DNA of 64,000 nt from Gammaproteobacteria bacterium (GCA_965209035.1 OZ242372.1:2080001-2144000); one strand, 5' to 3'. Positions 55,019-64,000 are shown, numbered from the stretch's first letter. Made by a program: numbers and translations. Notes: generated by a model from the letters alone, not told the origin.

Positions 55019-57471
55019 TGAGTATCCGAGTGTTGGCACGCAAATGGCGTCCCAAAACATTTGCGGACCTTGTCGGACAAGAACCTGTGGCACGAACTCT
55101 TGTTAATGGCTTAAATGCCGGGCGTTTGCATCACGCTTATCTTTTTTCCGGCACACGCGGGGTTGGCAAAACCACCTTGGCGCGCATTTTGGCAAAAAGT
55201 TTTTCTTGTGAGGCTCGGAAAACAGCGGAGCCCTGTAACGAATGTCCCGCCTGTTTGGCAATTGACAACGGAAACTACCCGGATTTTACCGAAGTGGACG
55301 CCGCCTCCCATACGGGCGTGGAAAATACCCGAGATCTCCTCACGGATACGCAGTTCGCACCGCACACCGGGAAATACAAAATTTACCTCATTGATGAGGT
55401 GCATATGCTCTCCAATCACAGTTTTAATGCGTTGCTTAAAACACTTGAAGAACCGCCGCCGCATATTTTATTTTTGTTCGCCACCACAGATCCCCGCAAG
55501 TTACCTGGCACTGTCCTGTCCCGATGTTTGAAGTTCCATCTTAAGCCGATTTCCCGGGAAGACATTACCGCCCAACTTGGCAAGATCTTACAAACTGAAA
55601 AAGTGAAGTCCGACGCAGCGTCCTTGCGGCATTTGGCAGCTCAGGCACAGGGGAGCATGCGGGATGCTTTGAGTCTGACAGACCAGGCGATTTCTTATTG
55701 CCAAGACGGACTGAACGAAAAAGAAGTGACCGAGATGCTCGGAATTGCGGGTATTCCCTCCGCGGAAATTTTGTTGCGGTATCTGGCAAACAATAATCCC
55801 AAGGAGTTATTGGCAACTACCGAGCACATAGAAAACACCGGCGGAAACTTTGAAGACCTTGCCAACCGTTTGTTGGAAGCGCTTCAATCAGTGGCAGTTT
55901 TTCAGACCGATGCGGTTAAACCAACCGAAGACGAAAAAGAACTGGCGGATCTTGCCGGTGTGATCACGCCCGAAGAACTGCAAGTTTACTATCAGATCCT
56001 TTTGTTGACAAAAAAAGAATTGCCCTGGGCTCTTTCGGAGCGACGTGCCCTTGAGATGGGATTCTTACGGATGCTGAGTCTGCAGCCCATCCTAAATGAA
56101 AAGACAAAACAAGTTCCCAAAAAAGTTACCTCGGAATCTCGGCAGCATTTGCAACCCGCAGCGAAAGAGAAAGAATCCCCGGAAAACAAAAAAGACGAGG
56201 AACCGGCAGCAGTCCAAAAAGACGGCCGGGAAAAGGAGCATTCAAGTCACCCGGCGGAACAGAAGGAAGAAAGTAACCCGGAAGAGTTAAAAGAACCCGT
56301 TCCGGCTGGGCGAAAAGAATACAGTTCGGAAGCACTCCCGACAGACCACCCGACGGAACAAAAAGAAGCGGGTGAACCTGCGGAACAGAAAGAAGAGAGT
56401 AACCTTCAAGATGACCGGGGAGGGTTAGGAGGGTTAAAAGAATCCGTTCCGGCTGGGCGAAAAGAAGGCGACCCGGAAGCGCATCCGACAGAACACCCCG
56501 CGGGGCGGAACGAAGCGGGTGAACCTGCGGAACGGACGGAACCTTCGGCGGGCAGTGCGGACGGCCGCCAAAATAGTTCGGGCAATGCAACCCAATCGGA
56601 CATGCCTGCGGAAGACGGATTCTTACCGCTTGCGAATACGGATGCGGTAAAAGGTGATTTCACACCGACCCCGACCGATTCAGGTTCCCCCGAGACTTTG
56701 GATGCCCCCAAGATTTCCGAGACCGCAGACACGGACAGCAAGGCGCAGGATAAAGCCGCATCCGAGGTGACGGAGGATCCTGCCGCGGAACAAGAGGTGC
56801 ATCAAATGGAAACAGAAACAGAAACAACAACGACAACTAAAACGGACAACCCGCAGATGTTCTCTTCGCCTGCGGATACGGCTGCGGTAAAAGGTGATTC
56901 CATCCCCGCCCCGACCGACTCAAGTTCCCCCGATGCTTCCGAAACTTTGGATGCCACCAAAATTTCCGGAACTGCGGATGCGGACAGCAAGGCACCGGAT
57001 AAAACCACGACCGAGCTGCCCGCAGAAACAACGGGAATTACCGGAAAAAAAATCAGCGAAGACTACATCAGCCCGCAAGGTTGGGACGGTTTGGTGCGCG
57101 ATTTGGATTCGGATTTGGTTAAAGGCAGGCTTCAAAACGCCCTTTATCATACCCGACTACTTTCTATGCAACATGGGCTATGGATAATCGGTTGTGGTGC
57201 AAACGATCAAAAAGTGATCCTGTCGGGGAAAGAGGATCTTGCGGAAGCAATTTCCCGAAAAATTAAACAAAGCATTCTTTTGGAGACAGAGATTTGCCAT
57301 GTGGATGAAACACCTTTTTTACTCAAAAGCGAAAGACAAAAACAGTTGGTGCAAGACACCCGGCAAGACCCTCTGGTAAAAACTCTGGTCAAGGATTTCG
57401 GCGGAGAGTTGGATGAACAGTCCGTTCGCCCCTTGGAATCTTCGGCGTCCTCAAACGAAGTTTCCAAATAA
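55018..57471 (+). CDS. dnaX: DNA polymerase III gamma/tau subunit with long acidic repeat linker
   Basis: LARKWRP, GTRGVGKTT, IDEVHML, FNALLKTLEEPP, GSMRDALS. Confidence 0.96.
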   Translation: MSIRVLARKWRPKTFADLVGQEPVARTLVNGLNAGRLHHAYLFSGTRGVGKTTLARILAKSFSCEARKTAEPCNECPACLAIDNGNYPDFTEVDAASHTGVENTRDLLTDTQFAPHTGKYKIYLIDEVHMLSNHSFNALLKTLEEPPPHILFLFATTDPRKLPGTVLSRCLKFHLKPISREDITAQLGKILQTEKVKSDAASLRHLAAQAQGSMRDALSLTDQAISYCQDGLNEKEVTEMLGIAGIPSAEILLRYLANNNPKELLATTEHIENTGGNFEDLANRLLEALQSVAVFQTDAVKPTEDEKELADLAGVITPEELQVYYQILLLTKKELPWALSERRALEMGFLRMLSLQPILNEKTKQVPKKVTSESRQHLQPAAKEKESPENKKDEEPAAVQKDGREKEHSSHPAEQKEESNPEELKEPVPAGRKEYSSEALPTDHPTEQKEAGEPAEQKEESNLQDDRGGLGGLKESVPAGRKEGDPEAHPTEHPAGRNEAGEPAERTEPSAGSADGRQNSSGNATQSDMPAEDGFLPLANTDAVKGDFTPTPTDSGSPETLDAPKISETADTDSKAQDKAASEVTEDPAAEQEVHQMETETETTTTTKTDNPQMFSSPADTAAVKGDSIPAPTDSSSPDASETLDATKISGTADADSKAPDKTTTELPAETTGITGKKISEDYISPQGWDGLVRDLDSDLVKGRLQNALYHTRLLSMQHGLWIIGCGANDQKVILSGKEDLAEAISRKIKQSILLETEICHVDETPFLLKSERQKQLVQDTRQDPLVKTLVKDFGGELDEQSVRPLESSASSNEVSK

Positions 57472-57539
57472 CGGGCGCGGTATTCCTTATAATTTTTGAA
57501 AGCGGTTCAATAAAAATAATTACTATTAAAAGATAAATC

Positions 57540-57860
57540 ATGGATATATCATCTTTAATGAAAAAGGCGAACGAACTTCGTAAAAAAATGAACGAAGTTG
57601 AGGAAACTCTTGCCAAACAGATTGTGACCTCCGAAACGGGCGGCGGCATGGTTCGGGTTACCGCAAACTGCAAACCGCACATTCTGGAAGTTAAGATTTC
57701 AGAGCAGGGGATGCGCGAGGATGCGGAAATCATCAACGAATTAACCACAGCCGCGGTCAATGATGTTCTAAAAAGGGCGCGTAAAACGAGTAAAAAAATA
57801 AACGCCGACATCCTCGGACAAGCAGCCGGCGGTATTGATTTGCCTTTTCCTCTTAAATAA
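57540..57860 (+). CDS. ybaB: YbaB/EbfC nucleoid-associated protein
   Basis: GGGMVRV, AAVND; between dnaX and recR. Confidence 0.92.
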   Translation: MDISSLMKKANELRKKMNEVEETLAKQIVTSETGGGMVRVTANCKPHILEVKISEQGMREDAEIINELTTAAVNDVLKRARKTSKKINADILGQAAGGIDLPFPLK

Positions 57861-58024
57861 CAAACCGCCCGGCAAGTCGGACGAGAGGATATATAAGCAC
57901 TCTCCAATAACCCGATAATCCCATAATCCCATAAATCCCATAATTAAAGAGACACCACAACCGCACAACCACAAAGCGTTAAGCCGTCCGGAACAAGCAC
58001 AAACCTTACTTTAAAAGAAAAGAA

Positions 58025-58816
58025 ATGACGGATGACCCCAAGAAACCAATAGAAGAACTGATTACCGCTCTGACCGGTTTACCCGGCATAGGGCCTCGTT
58101 CCGCACAGCGGTTGGTATTTCACCTCCTTGGTGGCAATCGCGAACTGGGACACAGAATTCGGGACGCCATGACGGATGTTTTGCGCGATGTTCGCGAATG
58201 TTCTGTTTGTCGTAACTATGCCACACAGAATATTTGCCCGGTATGTGACGATGCTGAACGGGACAAAGAAATATGTATTGTGGAATCACCCGCGGATTTA
58301 AATGCCGTTGAGCAAAGCGGCGGCTACCGCGGCTACTACTTTGTGTTGCACGGCAAGCTATCGCCTATGGAAGGGATGGGACCGGATAACTTGCGGCTGG
58401 ACAAACTCGGTGAGGCGATTCGCAGGGCAAAATCTCGGGAGGTGATTTTGGCAACCAACCTCACGGTGGAAGGAGAGATCACCGCGCAGTATATAAAAGA
58501 ATTCTTAACTTCTTTTAATTTGCGTCTGACTCGTATCGCACACGGCGTTCCAACCGGCGGTGAATTGGAGTATGTGGATGCGGGTACTCTGGCAAGGGCT
58601 CTTTCCGGGCGCGGCGGTTTTGACGAAAGAAAGACACTCAAAGAGTCCGTTAATGTTAATAGTGCGGCCAAGAAACCCGACGGTGAATTCGCGTCAAACA
58701 AAATACCGGACGAGGAACAGTCCGCATCAAATGACCTTTCCGTGCAGGACTCCGCCGTGCAAAAGCATAACCCAAAGTTTGGCCCAAAACTTGGCCCAAG
58801 GTTTGAAAATGAGTAA
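58025..58816 (+). CDS. recR: Recombination mediator RecR with C-terminal extension
   Basis: LPGIGPRSAQR, C4 zinc finger, ICIVE, EVILATN, GGELEYVD. Confidence 0.96.
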   Translation: MTDDPKKPIEELITALTGLPGIGPRSAQRLVFHLLGGNRELGHRIRDAMTDVLRDVRECSVCRNYATQNICPVCDDAERDKEICIVESPADLNAVEQSGGYRGYYFVLHGKLSPMEGMGPDNLRLDKLGEAIRRAKSREVILATNLTVEGEITAQYIKEFLTSFNLRLTRIAHGVPTGGELEYVDAGTLARALSGRGGFDERKTLKESVNVNSAAKKPDGEFASNKIPDEEQSASNDLSVQDSAVQKHNPKFGPKLGPRFENE

Positions 58817-59588
58817 TGCGATTAGTTTCATCAAAACACCGGAAGATCTTGCGGGGATGCGTGCCGCCGCTCGGGCAACCGTGCAAACTCTTGATTACAT
58901 TGCCCCTTATGTTCGTCCGGGAGTGACAACCGAGTCCCTGGACAACCTGTGCCATGCACATATGACCGACCACTTAAATGTTCGCTCCGCCTCACTTGGT
59001 TATAAGGGGTTCCCCAAGTCGGTTTGCACTTCCGTGAATAATGAGGTTTGTCACGGCATACCGAGCCCGAAGGTGAAACTAATGAAAGGAGATATTGTTA
59101 ATGTGGATGTGGCGGTTATCCGCGACGGCTACTATGGTGATTGCAGCCGTACCTTTTGTGTTGGCAAGGCGGAACCTTTTGCCAAAAGATTATCGGAGGT
59201 CACCCGCGAATCTCTTTATCGCGGTATTCGGGCAACGCGTGCCGGCGCCCGCTTGGGCGACATAGGCGCCGCCATTCAAGGGTTTGTTGAAAGCAAGGGC
59301 TTTTCTGTCGTGCGCGATTATTGCGGTCACGGACTCGGCAAAGAATTTCATTGCGGCCCCCAGGTGCTGCATTACGGTACACCCGGCACGGGGATACAAC
59401 TGGAGGAGGGGATGTGTTTCACCATTGAGCCGATGATTAATGCGGGCGGCCCCGAGACGCGCACCCTTGCGGACGGCTGGACTGTTGTCACTTGCGATCG
59501 CAAACTTTCCGCACAGTGGGAGCATACGGTGCTGGTTACCAAAACCGGCTGCGAAGTGTTGACAGTTGCCCGGGATGAATTGATCTAA
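58809..59588 (+). CDS. map: Type I methionine aminopeptidase
   Basis: GFPKSVCTSVN, CHGIP, DVAV, GDCSRT, CGHG, FTIEPM, AQWEHT; start MSNAISF. Confidence 0.97.
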   Translation: MSNAISFIKTPEDLAGMRAAARATVQTLDYIAPYVRPGVTTESLDNLCHAHMTDHLNVRSASLGYKGFPKSVCTSVNNEVCHGIPSPKVKLMKGDIVNVDVAVIRDGYYGDCSRTFCVGKAEPFAKRLSEVTRESLYRGIRATRAGARLGDIGAAIQGFVESKGFSVVRDYCGHGLGKEFHCGPQVLHYGTPGTGIQLEEGMCFTIEPMINAGGPETRTLADGWTVVTCDRKLSAQWEHTVLVTKTGCEVLTVARDELI

Positions 59589-59590
59589 TA

Positions 59591-59702
59591 TGCATCATCC
59601 CGGCAAGATTTTGGACTCTGAGTTTGGCATTGAGCGTCATCTAGATCAAAGAGCCGGTTGTTTACAAAACACGCCGATTTCGAAACCGGGTGGGATGATA
59701 CA
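59591..59702 (+). mobile_element. ~112-bp MITE derived from the IS481 element (left end fused to right end)
   Basis: tgcatcatc…ttggactctgagtttggcattgagcgtc…agatcaa…gccgg matches the reverse complement of 13118-13183; ends …ccgggtgggatgataca like the IRR; no target duplication visible. Confidence 0.85.
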
Positions 59703-59715
59703 GTTAACAGTTAAC

Positions 59716-59780
59716 ATTTAAAGGAAGATCCGGTGAAATATGGTATATTTAAAGGAAGATCCGGTGAAATATGGTATATT
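59716..59780 (+). repeat. Perfect 31-bp direct duplication containing an extended -10-like TGgTATATT
   Basis: atttaaaggaagatccggtgaaatatggtat at 59716 and 59747. Confidence 0.9.
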
Positions 59781-59834
59781 ATGACTATTCCTTATTTAGG
59801 GAACTTTATTAATTCACAATTACAAAAATAAATT

Positions 59835-61442
59835 ATGAACATATTTGATATACAAACTATCAGTAGCAACTGCATTGCATGTATTGCCGCGGCCGGGCAA
59901 ACGGCACGCGGCGGCACAAAGTTATTCATTCCATTATTGACAATCGCCTTGTCGGTTGTCTTACTCGCCGCCTGTGGCGGCGGTGGAGGCGGCGGTTCCG
60001 GCGGCGGGATAGCGGACGCCGATGGGGATGGAATTGCGAATGCGACGGATGCCTGTCCGGCCGGCGATACGGACTGGACTTCCAATCCGTCTACGGACAA
60101 TGACCGTGACGGTTGCCGCGATGCCGGTGAGGATCTGGACGACAATAATAATCGCCTCATAGAAATCCACACTTTGGATGACTTGGCGCGGCTGCGCGAT
60201 GATCTAAATGGCGATGGGATAGATGATGGGGATATTGACGCGATTGACGCTGTGGGAGATGTGGGCTGTCCCGACAGTGGTTGTGCCGGCTATGAATTGA
60301 CTCGCTCGCTGAATTTTAGCGATCCGAAGTCCTATGCCGATGACAGCGGTAACAGCGATAATATGGATGCATGGACAGATCGCAGCGGCAGCGGCTGGCA
60401 GTCGATCGGTTCTTGCAGTGCTGCATTTATTTGCACCTCTTATTCGGTTATGTTTGATGGTGGAAATTATACTCTCGCCGATCTGTTTATCAATGCAAGT
60501 GATGATAGCAATAGTGTGGGGTTGTTTGCTGCGTTCAATGGCAGTCTTCAAAATCTGCATATGTTGAATGCGGCTGTCCGTGGCGGTGACAATAATGTGG
60601 GATCACTGGTAGGCTTTGGCAATCATGCCCGGTATGAGAATCTGTCGGTTACGGCGGTCAGTGTGACGAGTCCGGCAGGTGGCTCAGTGGGCGGACTGAT
60701 TGGGCGCATGAATCATGCTGAACTTCGTTATGCTTATGCATCCGGCGTCAATGTGTCCGGGCAGTCAAATGTTGGCGGCCTGGTTGGGGCTGTGGTGGGT
60801 AGCGTTCGCTATGCGTATGTGTCCGGCGGAAGTGTTACCGGAACTTCTGTAAATGGCTTTTCTGGCGGATTAGCCGGGCCTGTGACGGGGAGCGTCCGCT
60901 ATGCTTATGTATCCGGTGTAGATGTTTCCTCAGCAGGAGATGTTCTCGGCGGATTGCTTGGGTACGGGCTAAATGCTGATATTCGGTATGCGTATGTGTC
61001 CGGCGGAAGTGTTGTCGGGGATCAGCAGGTTGGCGGACTGATTGGACAAATAGAGACCGCCGGTCAAATTCATTTTTCCTATGCCGCCGGTGGGCTTGTT
61101 TCAGGTTCCGGTAGTTCTGTTGGCGGACTGATTGGGCAAGCCACTAACACTATCGTCAATGCTTCCTATTGGGATAATGAGACTACTGGGCAGCCTGCCA
61201 GTGCCAAGGGTCTCGGCATGGGTCTGCCCACCGCCGAATTGAAAGCCCCCGAAAACCCCGACTTCACGGGGATCTATGATCTCTGGGGCAACTTTTGGTG
61301 CGACCCGAATACGGGTGAGGAGAGGGAAAGTGCCACCGAGTTGGATGCTCCTTTTGTTCGTGTCTGGGATCTCGGGACGGCTGATCAATATCCCGCGCTT
61401 AGATGTGTCCCCGGCGGTCTGGCAAGGCAGAGACAGAGATAA
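59835..61442 (+). CDS. Surface lipoprotein paralog without FN3: Asp-rich repeat + GLUG-like domain
   Basis: 535 aa; lipobox LLAA-C + Gly linker; GCAGYELTRSLNFSD and WDLG…QYPAL shared with 225 and 4664. Confidence 0.82.
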   Translation: MNIFDIQTISSNCIACIAAAGQTARGGTKLFIPLLTIALSVVLLAACGGGGGGGSGGGIADADGDGIANATDACPAGDTDWTSNPSTDNDRDGCRDAGEDLDDNNNRLIEIHTLDDLARLRDDLNGDGIDDGDIDAIDAVGDVGCPDSGCAGYELTRSLNFSDPKSYADDSGNSDNMDAWTDRSGSGWQSIGSCSAAFICTSYSVMFDGGNYTLADLFINASDDSNSVGLFAAFNGSLQNLHMLNAAVRGGDNNVGSLVGFGNHARYENLSVTAVSVTSPAGGSVGGLIGRMNHAELRYAYASGVNVSGQSNVGGLVGAVVGSVRYAYVSGGSVTGTSVNGFSGGLAGPVTGSVRYAYVSGVDVSSAGDVLGGLLGYGLNADIRYAYVSGGSVVGDQQVGGLIGQIETAGQIHFSYAAGGLVSGSGSSVGGLIGQATNTIVNASYWDNETTGQPASAKGLGMGLPTAELKAPENPDFTGIYDLWGNFWCDPNTGEERESATELDAPFVRVWDLGTADQYPALRCVPGGLARQRQR

Positions 61443-61520
61443 TAACGCAATTAACGAAGAACGAATGCCGGCTTTTCGTTAGAGCAAAGCAATCCGGGCG
61501 GGCGGTCAAGTAGAGCCGCC

Positions 61521-61613
61521 CCGGCATGTTCACCAAGAACTCTCGTCTCTCGTCTTTCACCGACCCGGTTCTTGCAAAAACACCAAAAATTCGGAACCGG
61601 GTAGAATAATACA
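61521..61613 (+). mobile_element. IS481 right-end remnant
   Basis: cgacccggttcttgcaaaaacaccaaaaattcggaaccgggtagaataataca resembles 4197-4249. Confidence 0.75.
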
Positions 61614-61686
61614 TACATATAATAATTGATAATCAATTTCCGTATAATCAAATGACATACAATATAAAAAATTAGAGATTACAAAT

Positions 61687-62550
61687 ATGAAGAATCAAAA
61701 TCCTGTCGCGCCCTGGCTGTTCTTACTGCCGGCTTTTGTGCTGTTTGGCGTTTATGTGATCTACCCGATCTTTCAAAGTATTTTTCTGAGTTTTTATGAA
61801 TGGGACGGTATCGGTGAAAAAGAGTTTATCGGTTTGGGAAACTACATTGAGTTGTTTTATGATCCGCAGTTTATTGTTTCCATCAAAAACAATGTCCTGT
61901 GGTTACTTTTTTTGATGTTGGCGCCGGTCTTTGGTTTAAGTTTGGCGTTGTTTCTCAATCAAAAGACATTTGGTATTCGTCTGATCAAATCACTCTATTT
62001 CTTTCCCTTTGTCATCTCTCTGGTGATCGTGGGGGTCATATTCAGTTGGTTCTATGATCCGCACTTGGGTCTGCTCAATAAACTCTTGGGGTTTATGGGT
62101 ATTAAGGGACCGGCCATTCTGGCGGACGAAAAACTGGTGACCTATGGCATTATTTTTGCCGCTCTCTGGCCGCAAACGGCATATTGCATGATTCTTTATC
62201 TGACGGGGCTTACCGCCATCAGCAGCGAACAGGTGGAAGCGGCACGCATTGACGGTGCCAAAGGCTGGTACATGCTTTGGTATGTGATCATCCCGCAGTT
62301 ACGCCCGGCCACATTCATCGCCATTGTGGTGACAGTGATCGGCGCGTTACGCAGTTTTGATTTGGTGGCGATCATGACAGCCGGCGGTCCTTACAATAGT
62401 TCCAGTGTCCTCGCTTATTTCATGTATGAACAGAGTGTATTTTCTTATCGGGTCGGTTACGGGGCGGCGATTGCCACAGTCCTCTTTTTCGTTACTCTCG
62501 CTTACATTGCTTATTTTTTGTGGCGGATGATCAGGCAAGAAATTCGCTAA
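61687..62550 (+). CDS. Carbohydrate ABC transporter permease
   Basis: FLLPA, FIGLGNY, EAARIDGA loop. Confidence 0.95.
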   Translation: MKNQNPVAPWLFLLPAFVLFGVYVIYPIFQSIFLSFYEWDGIGEKEFIGLGNYIELFYDPQFIVSIKNNVLWLLFLMLAPVFGLSLALFLNQKTFGIRLIKSLYFFPFVISLVIVGVIFSWFYDPHLGLLNKLLGFMGIKGPAILADEKLVTYGIIFAALWPQTAYCMILYLTGLTAISSEQVEAARIDGAKGWYMLWYVIIPQLRPATFIAIVVTVIGALRSFDLVAIMTAGGPYNSSSVLAYFMYEQSVFSYRVGYGAAIATVLFFVTLAYIAYFLWRMIRQEIR

Positions 62551-62576
62551 TCATTTAATAAAAGAAGAAGTTTCAG

Positions 62577-63425
62577 ATGTTCCCCACCCCGATTGACAAA
62601 AGACCGCTCTGGCGCAGACGACAATATCATATCTTGCTTTGGTTGTCCATCGTTTTATGGTTGATCCCGTTGGCTGCGATTATCCTCACTTCCTTCCGCT
62701 CCTTGGAAGATATTAATTCCGGCAACTACTGGGGCTGGCCAAGCGAATGGTATTACGAAAATTACATCACAGTGTTTGCGGAGACCCCTATGGCCAAGTA
62801 CATGATCAACAGTTTGTTTATTTCTCTGGTCGCCACTTTCGCCGCTGTGGCTCTTTCCACTATGTCCGGCTATGCTTTGGCGAAATATAAGTTTCGCTTG
62901 AATGTTTGGTTATTCGCCTTGTTTGTCGGCGGTAACTTTGTGCCGTTTCAAATCCTGATGATCCCGGTGCGCGATCTGACCATCGGCACAGGCCTTTATG
63001 ACACCTACTGGGCACTCATTATTTTTCATGCGGCATTTCAATCCGGTTTCTGCACTTTGTTTATGCGGAACTTCATCATCGAGTTACCCCACGAACTGTT
63101 TGAATCCGCCCGCTCCGAAGGCGTTTCGGAATGGAAAATCTTTTGGCATATTGCGATCCCTCTGGTTCGCCCGGCTCTGGCCGCACTCTCGGTTCTTATT
63201 TTTACTTTCGTATGGAATGATTTCTTTTGGGGGCTGGTGCTGGTGCAGAGCGATGCGGTGCGCCCGGTAACCGCCGCACTCAGTGCCTTAAAAGGGCAGT
63301 GGATATTTTCCTGGCAGTTACTTTCCGCCGGAGCAATCGTTGCCGCCTTGCCGCCGGTGTTACTCTTCTTTTTGATGCAAAAGCAATTTATAGCCGGCTT
63401 GACCTTGGGTGCCACAAAAGGCTAA
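62577..63425 (+). CDS. Carbohydrate ABC transporter permease
   Basis: GYALAK, ELFESARSEG loop, WNDFFW, QKQFIAGLTLGATKG. Confidence 0.95.
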   Translation: MFPTPIDKRPLWRRRQYHILLWLSIVLWLIPLAAIILTSFRSLEDINSGNYWGWPSEWYYENYITVFAETPMAKYMINSLFISLVATFAAVALSTMSGYALAKYKFRLNVWLFALFVGGNFVPFQILMIPVRDLTIGTGLYDTYWALIIFHAAFQSGFCTLFMRNFIIELPHELFESARSEGVSEWKIFWHIAIPLVRPALAALSVLIFTFVWNDFFWGLVLVQSDAVRPVTAALSALKGQWIFSWQLLSAGAIVAALPPVLLFFLMQKQFIAGLTLGATKG

Positions 63426-63441
63426 GTCCCCGGCATCCGGC

Positions 63442-64000
63442 ATGACCGCCGTGCGAAAACCATTAAAACTCGGGGTCTGCTATTATCCCGAGCATTGGGA
63501 TAAAACCCTGTGGAAAGAGGATCTGGCGCGCATGCGGCAGATCGGTATTGAGTATGTTCGCCTTGCCGAGTTTGCCTGGACTTTGATGGAACCGAGTCCG
63601 AACCGCTACGATTTTTCTTGGCTGGATGAGGTTTTGGACCTGATCGAAAAGGCGGGTTTGAAAGCAATTCTCTGCACGCCTACAGCCACTCCGCCTGTCT
63701 GGCTGACAAAAAAAGAACCCGGAATTCTGCCCTATGACGAAGAGGGACGCAGACGCAATTTTGGTTCGCGTCGCCACTATACTTTTTCCTCGCCGGCATA
63801 CTTGGACCATTCCCGTGAAATCGCCGGCGAGATGGCAAGGCGTTACGGCAAGCACCCGGTTGTGGCGGCATGGCAAACGGATAACGAACATGGTTGTCAT
63901 GAAAGCGTCCGCAGTTACGGTCCCGAAGATCTAAGGGCTTTTCGCGGGTTCCTTGCCGCCAAATACGGCGATATTCAAACTCTTAATCGTGCCTGGGGGA
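63442..64000 (+). CDS. GH42 beta-galactosidase, 5' part (runs off window end; absent from ORF track)
   Basis: Manual translation: MTAVRKPLKLGVCYYPEHW…VRLAEFAW…LCTPTATPPVW…FGSRRHY…WQTDNEHGCH. Confidence 0.92.
   Translation, partial: MTAVRKPLKLGVCYYPEHWDKTLWKEDLARMRQIGIEYVRLAEFAWTLMEPSPNRYDFSWLDEVLDLIEKAGLKAILCTPTATPPVWLTKKEPGILPYDEEGRRRNFGSRRHYTFSSPAYLDHSREIAGEMARRYGKHPVVAAWQTDNEHGCHESVRSYGPEDLRAFRGFLAAKYGDIQTLNRAWG

Noticed and set aside
56008-56130. dnaX programmed -1 frameshift site
   Set aside because: A-runs exist but I found no in-frame A_AAA_AAG with downstream hairpin at the expected position.
56485-56505. PTEHPA-encoding match between the dnaX linker and the IS left region (~13106-13122)
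   Set aside because: About 17 bp with mismatches; compatible with chance.
58560-58808. N-terminal extensions of map, gmk (28207-28344) and the AlkD-like ORF (25179-25373) in the ORF track
   Set aside because: They overlap upstream genes; conserved domains begin at downstream ATGs.
59716-59780. 31-bp direct repeat as a CRISPR array
   Set aside because: Two abutting copies, no spacer, no cas genes.

Overview
64 kb of a proteobacterial (probably gamma/beta, probably host-associated; taxonomy is inference) chromosome. A scrambled housekeeping backbone (accD-folC, gmk/queH/miaB, cysS-folD-pgeF-rluD, lpxC-hemJ-dnaX-ybaB-recR-map, sugar ABC permeases plus a GH42 beta-galactosidase) is interleaved with (i) a family of variable surface lipoproteins with Asp-rich Ca-binding repeats and GLUG-like domains (225, 4664, 59835) and a ~3,800-aa cadherin-like giant lipoprotein split by an IS481-family element with a 5-bp target duplication, (ii) an AT-rich glycan locus, (iii) an ogt-alkD-tag alkylation repair cluster and (iv) an orphan tyrosine recombinase coupled to rluD. 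Main observations: all five lipoprotein genes lie just downstream of a decayed right end of the same IS481 element, pointing into the gene. The first 8.4 kb is a tandem [IS end - lipoprotein - accD] duplication whose accD copies differ only at synonymous sites. The glycan locus preserves a four-gene tandem duplication with reciprocal gene loss. I found no CRISPR array, RNA gene, reverse transcriptase or integron. All alignments were done by eye.
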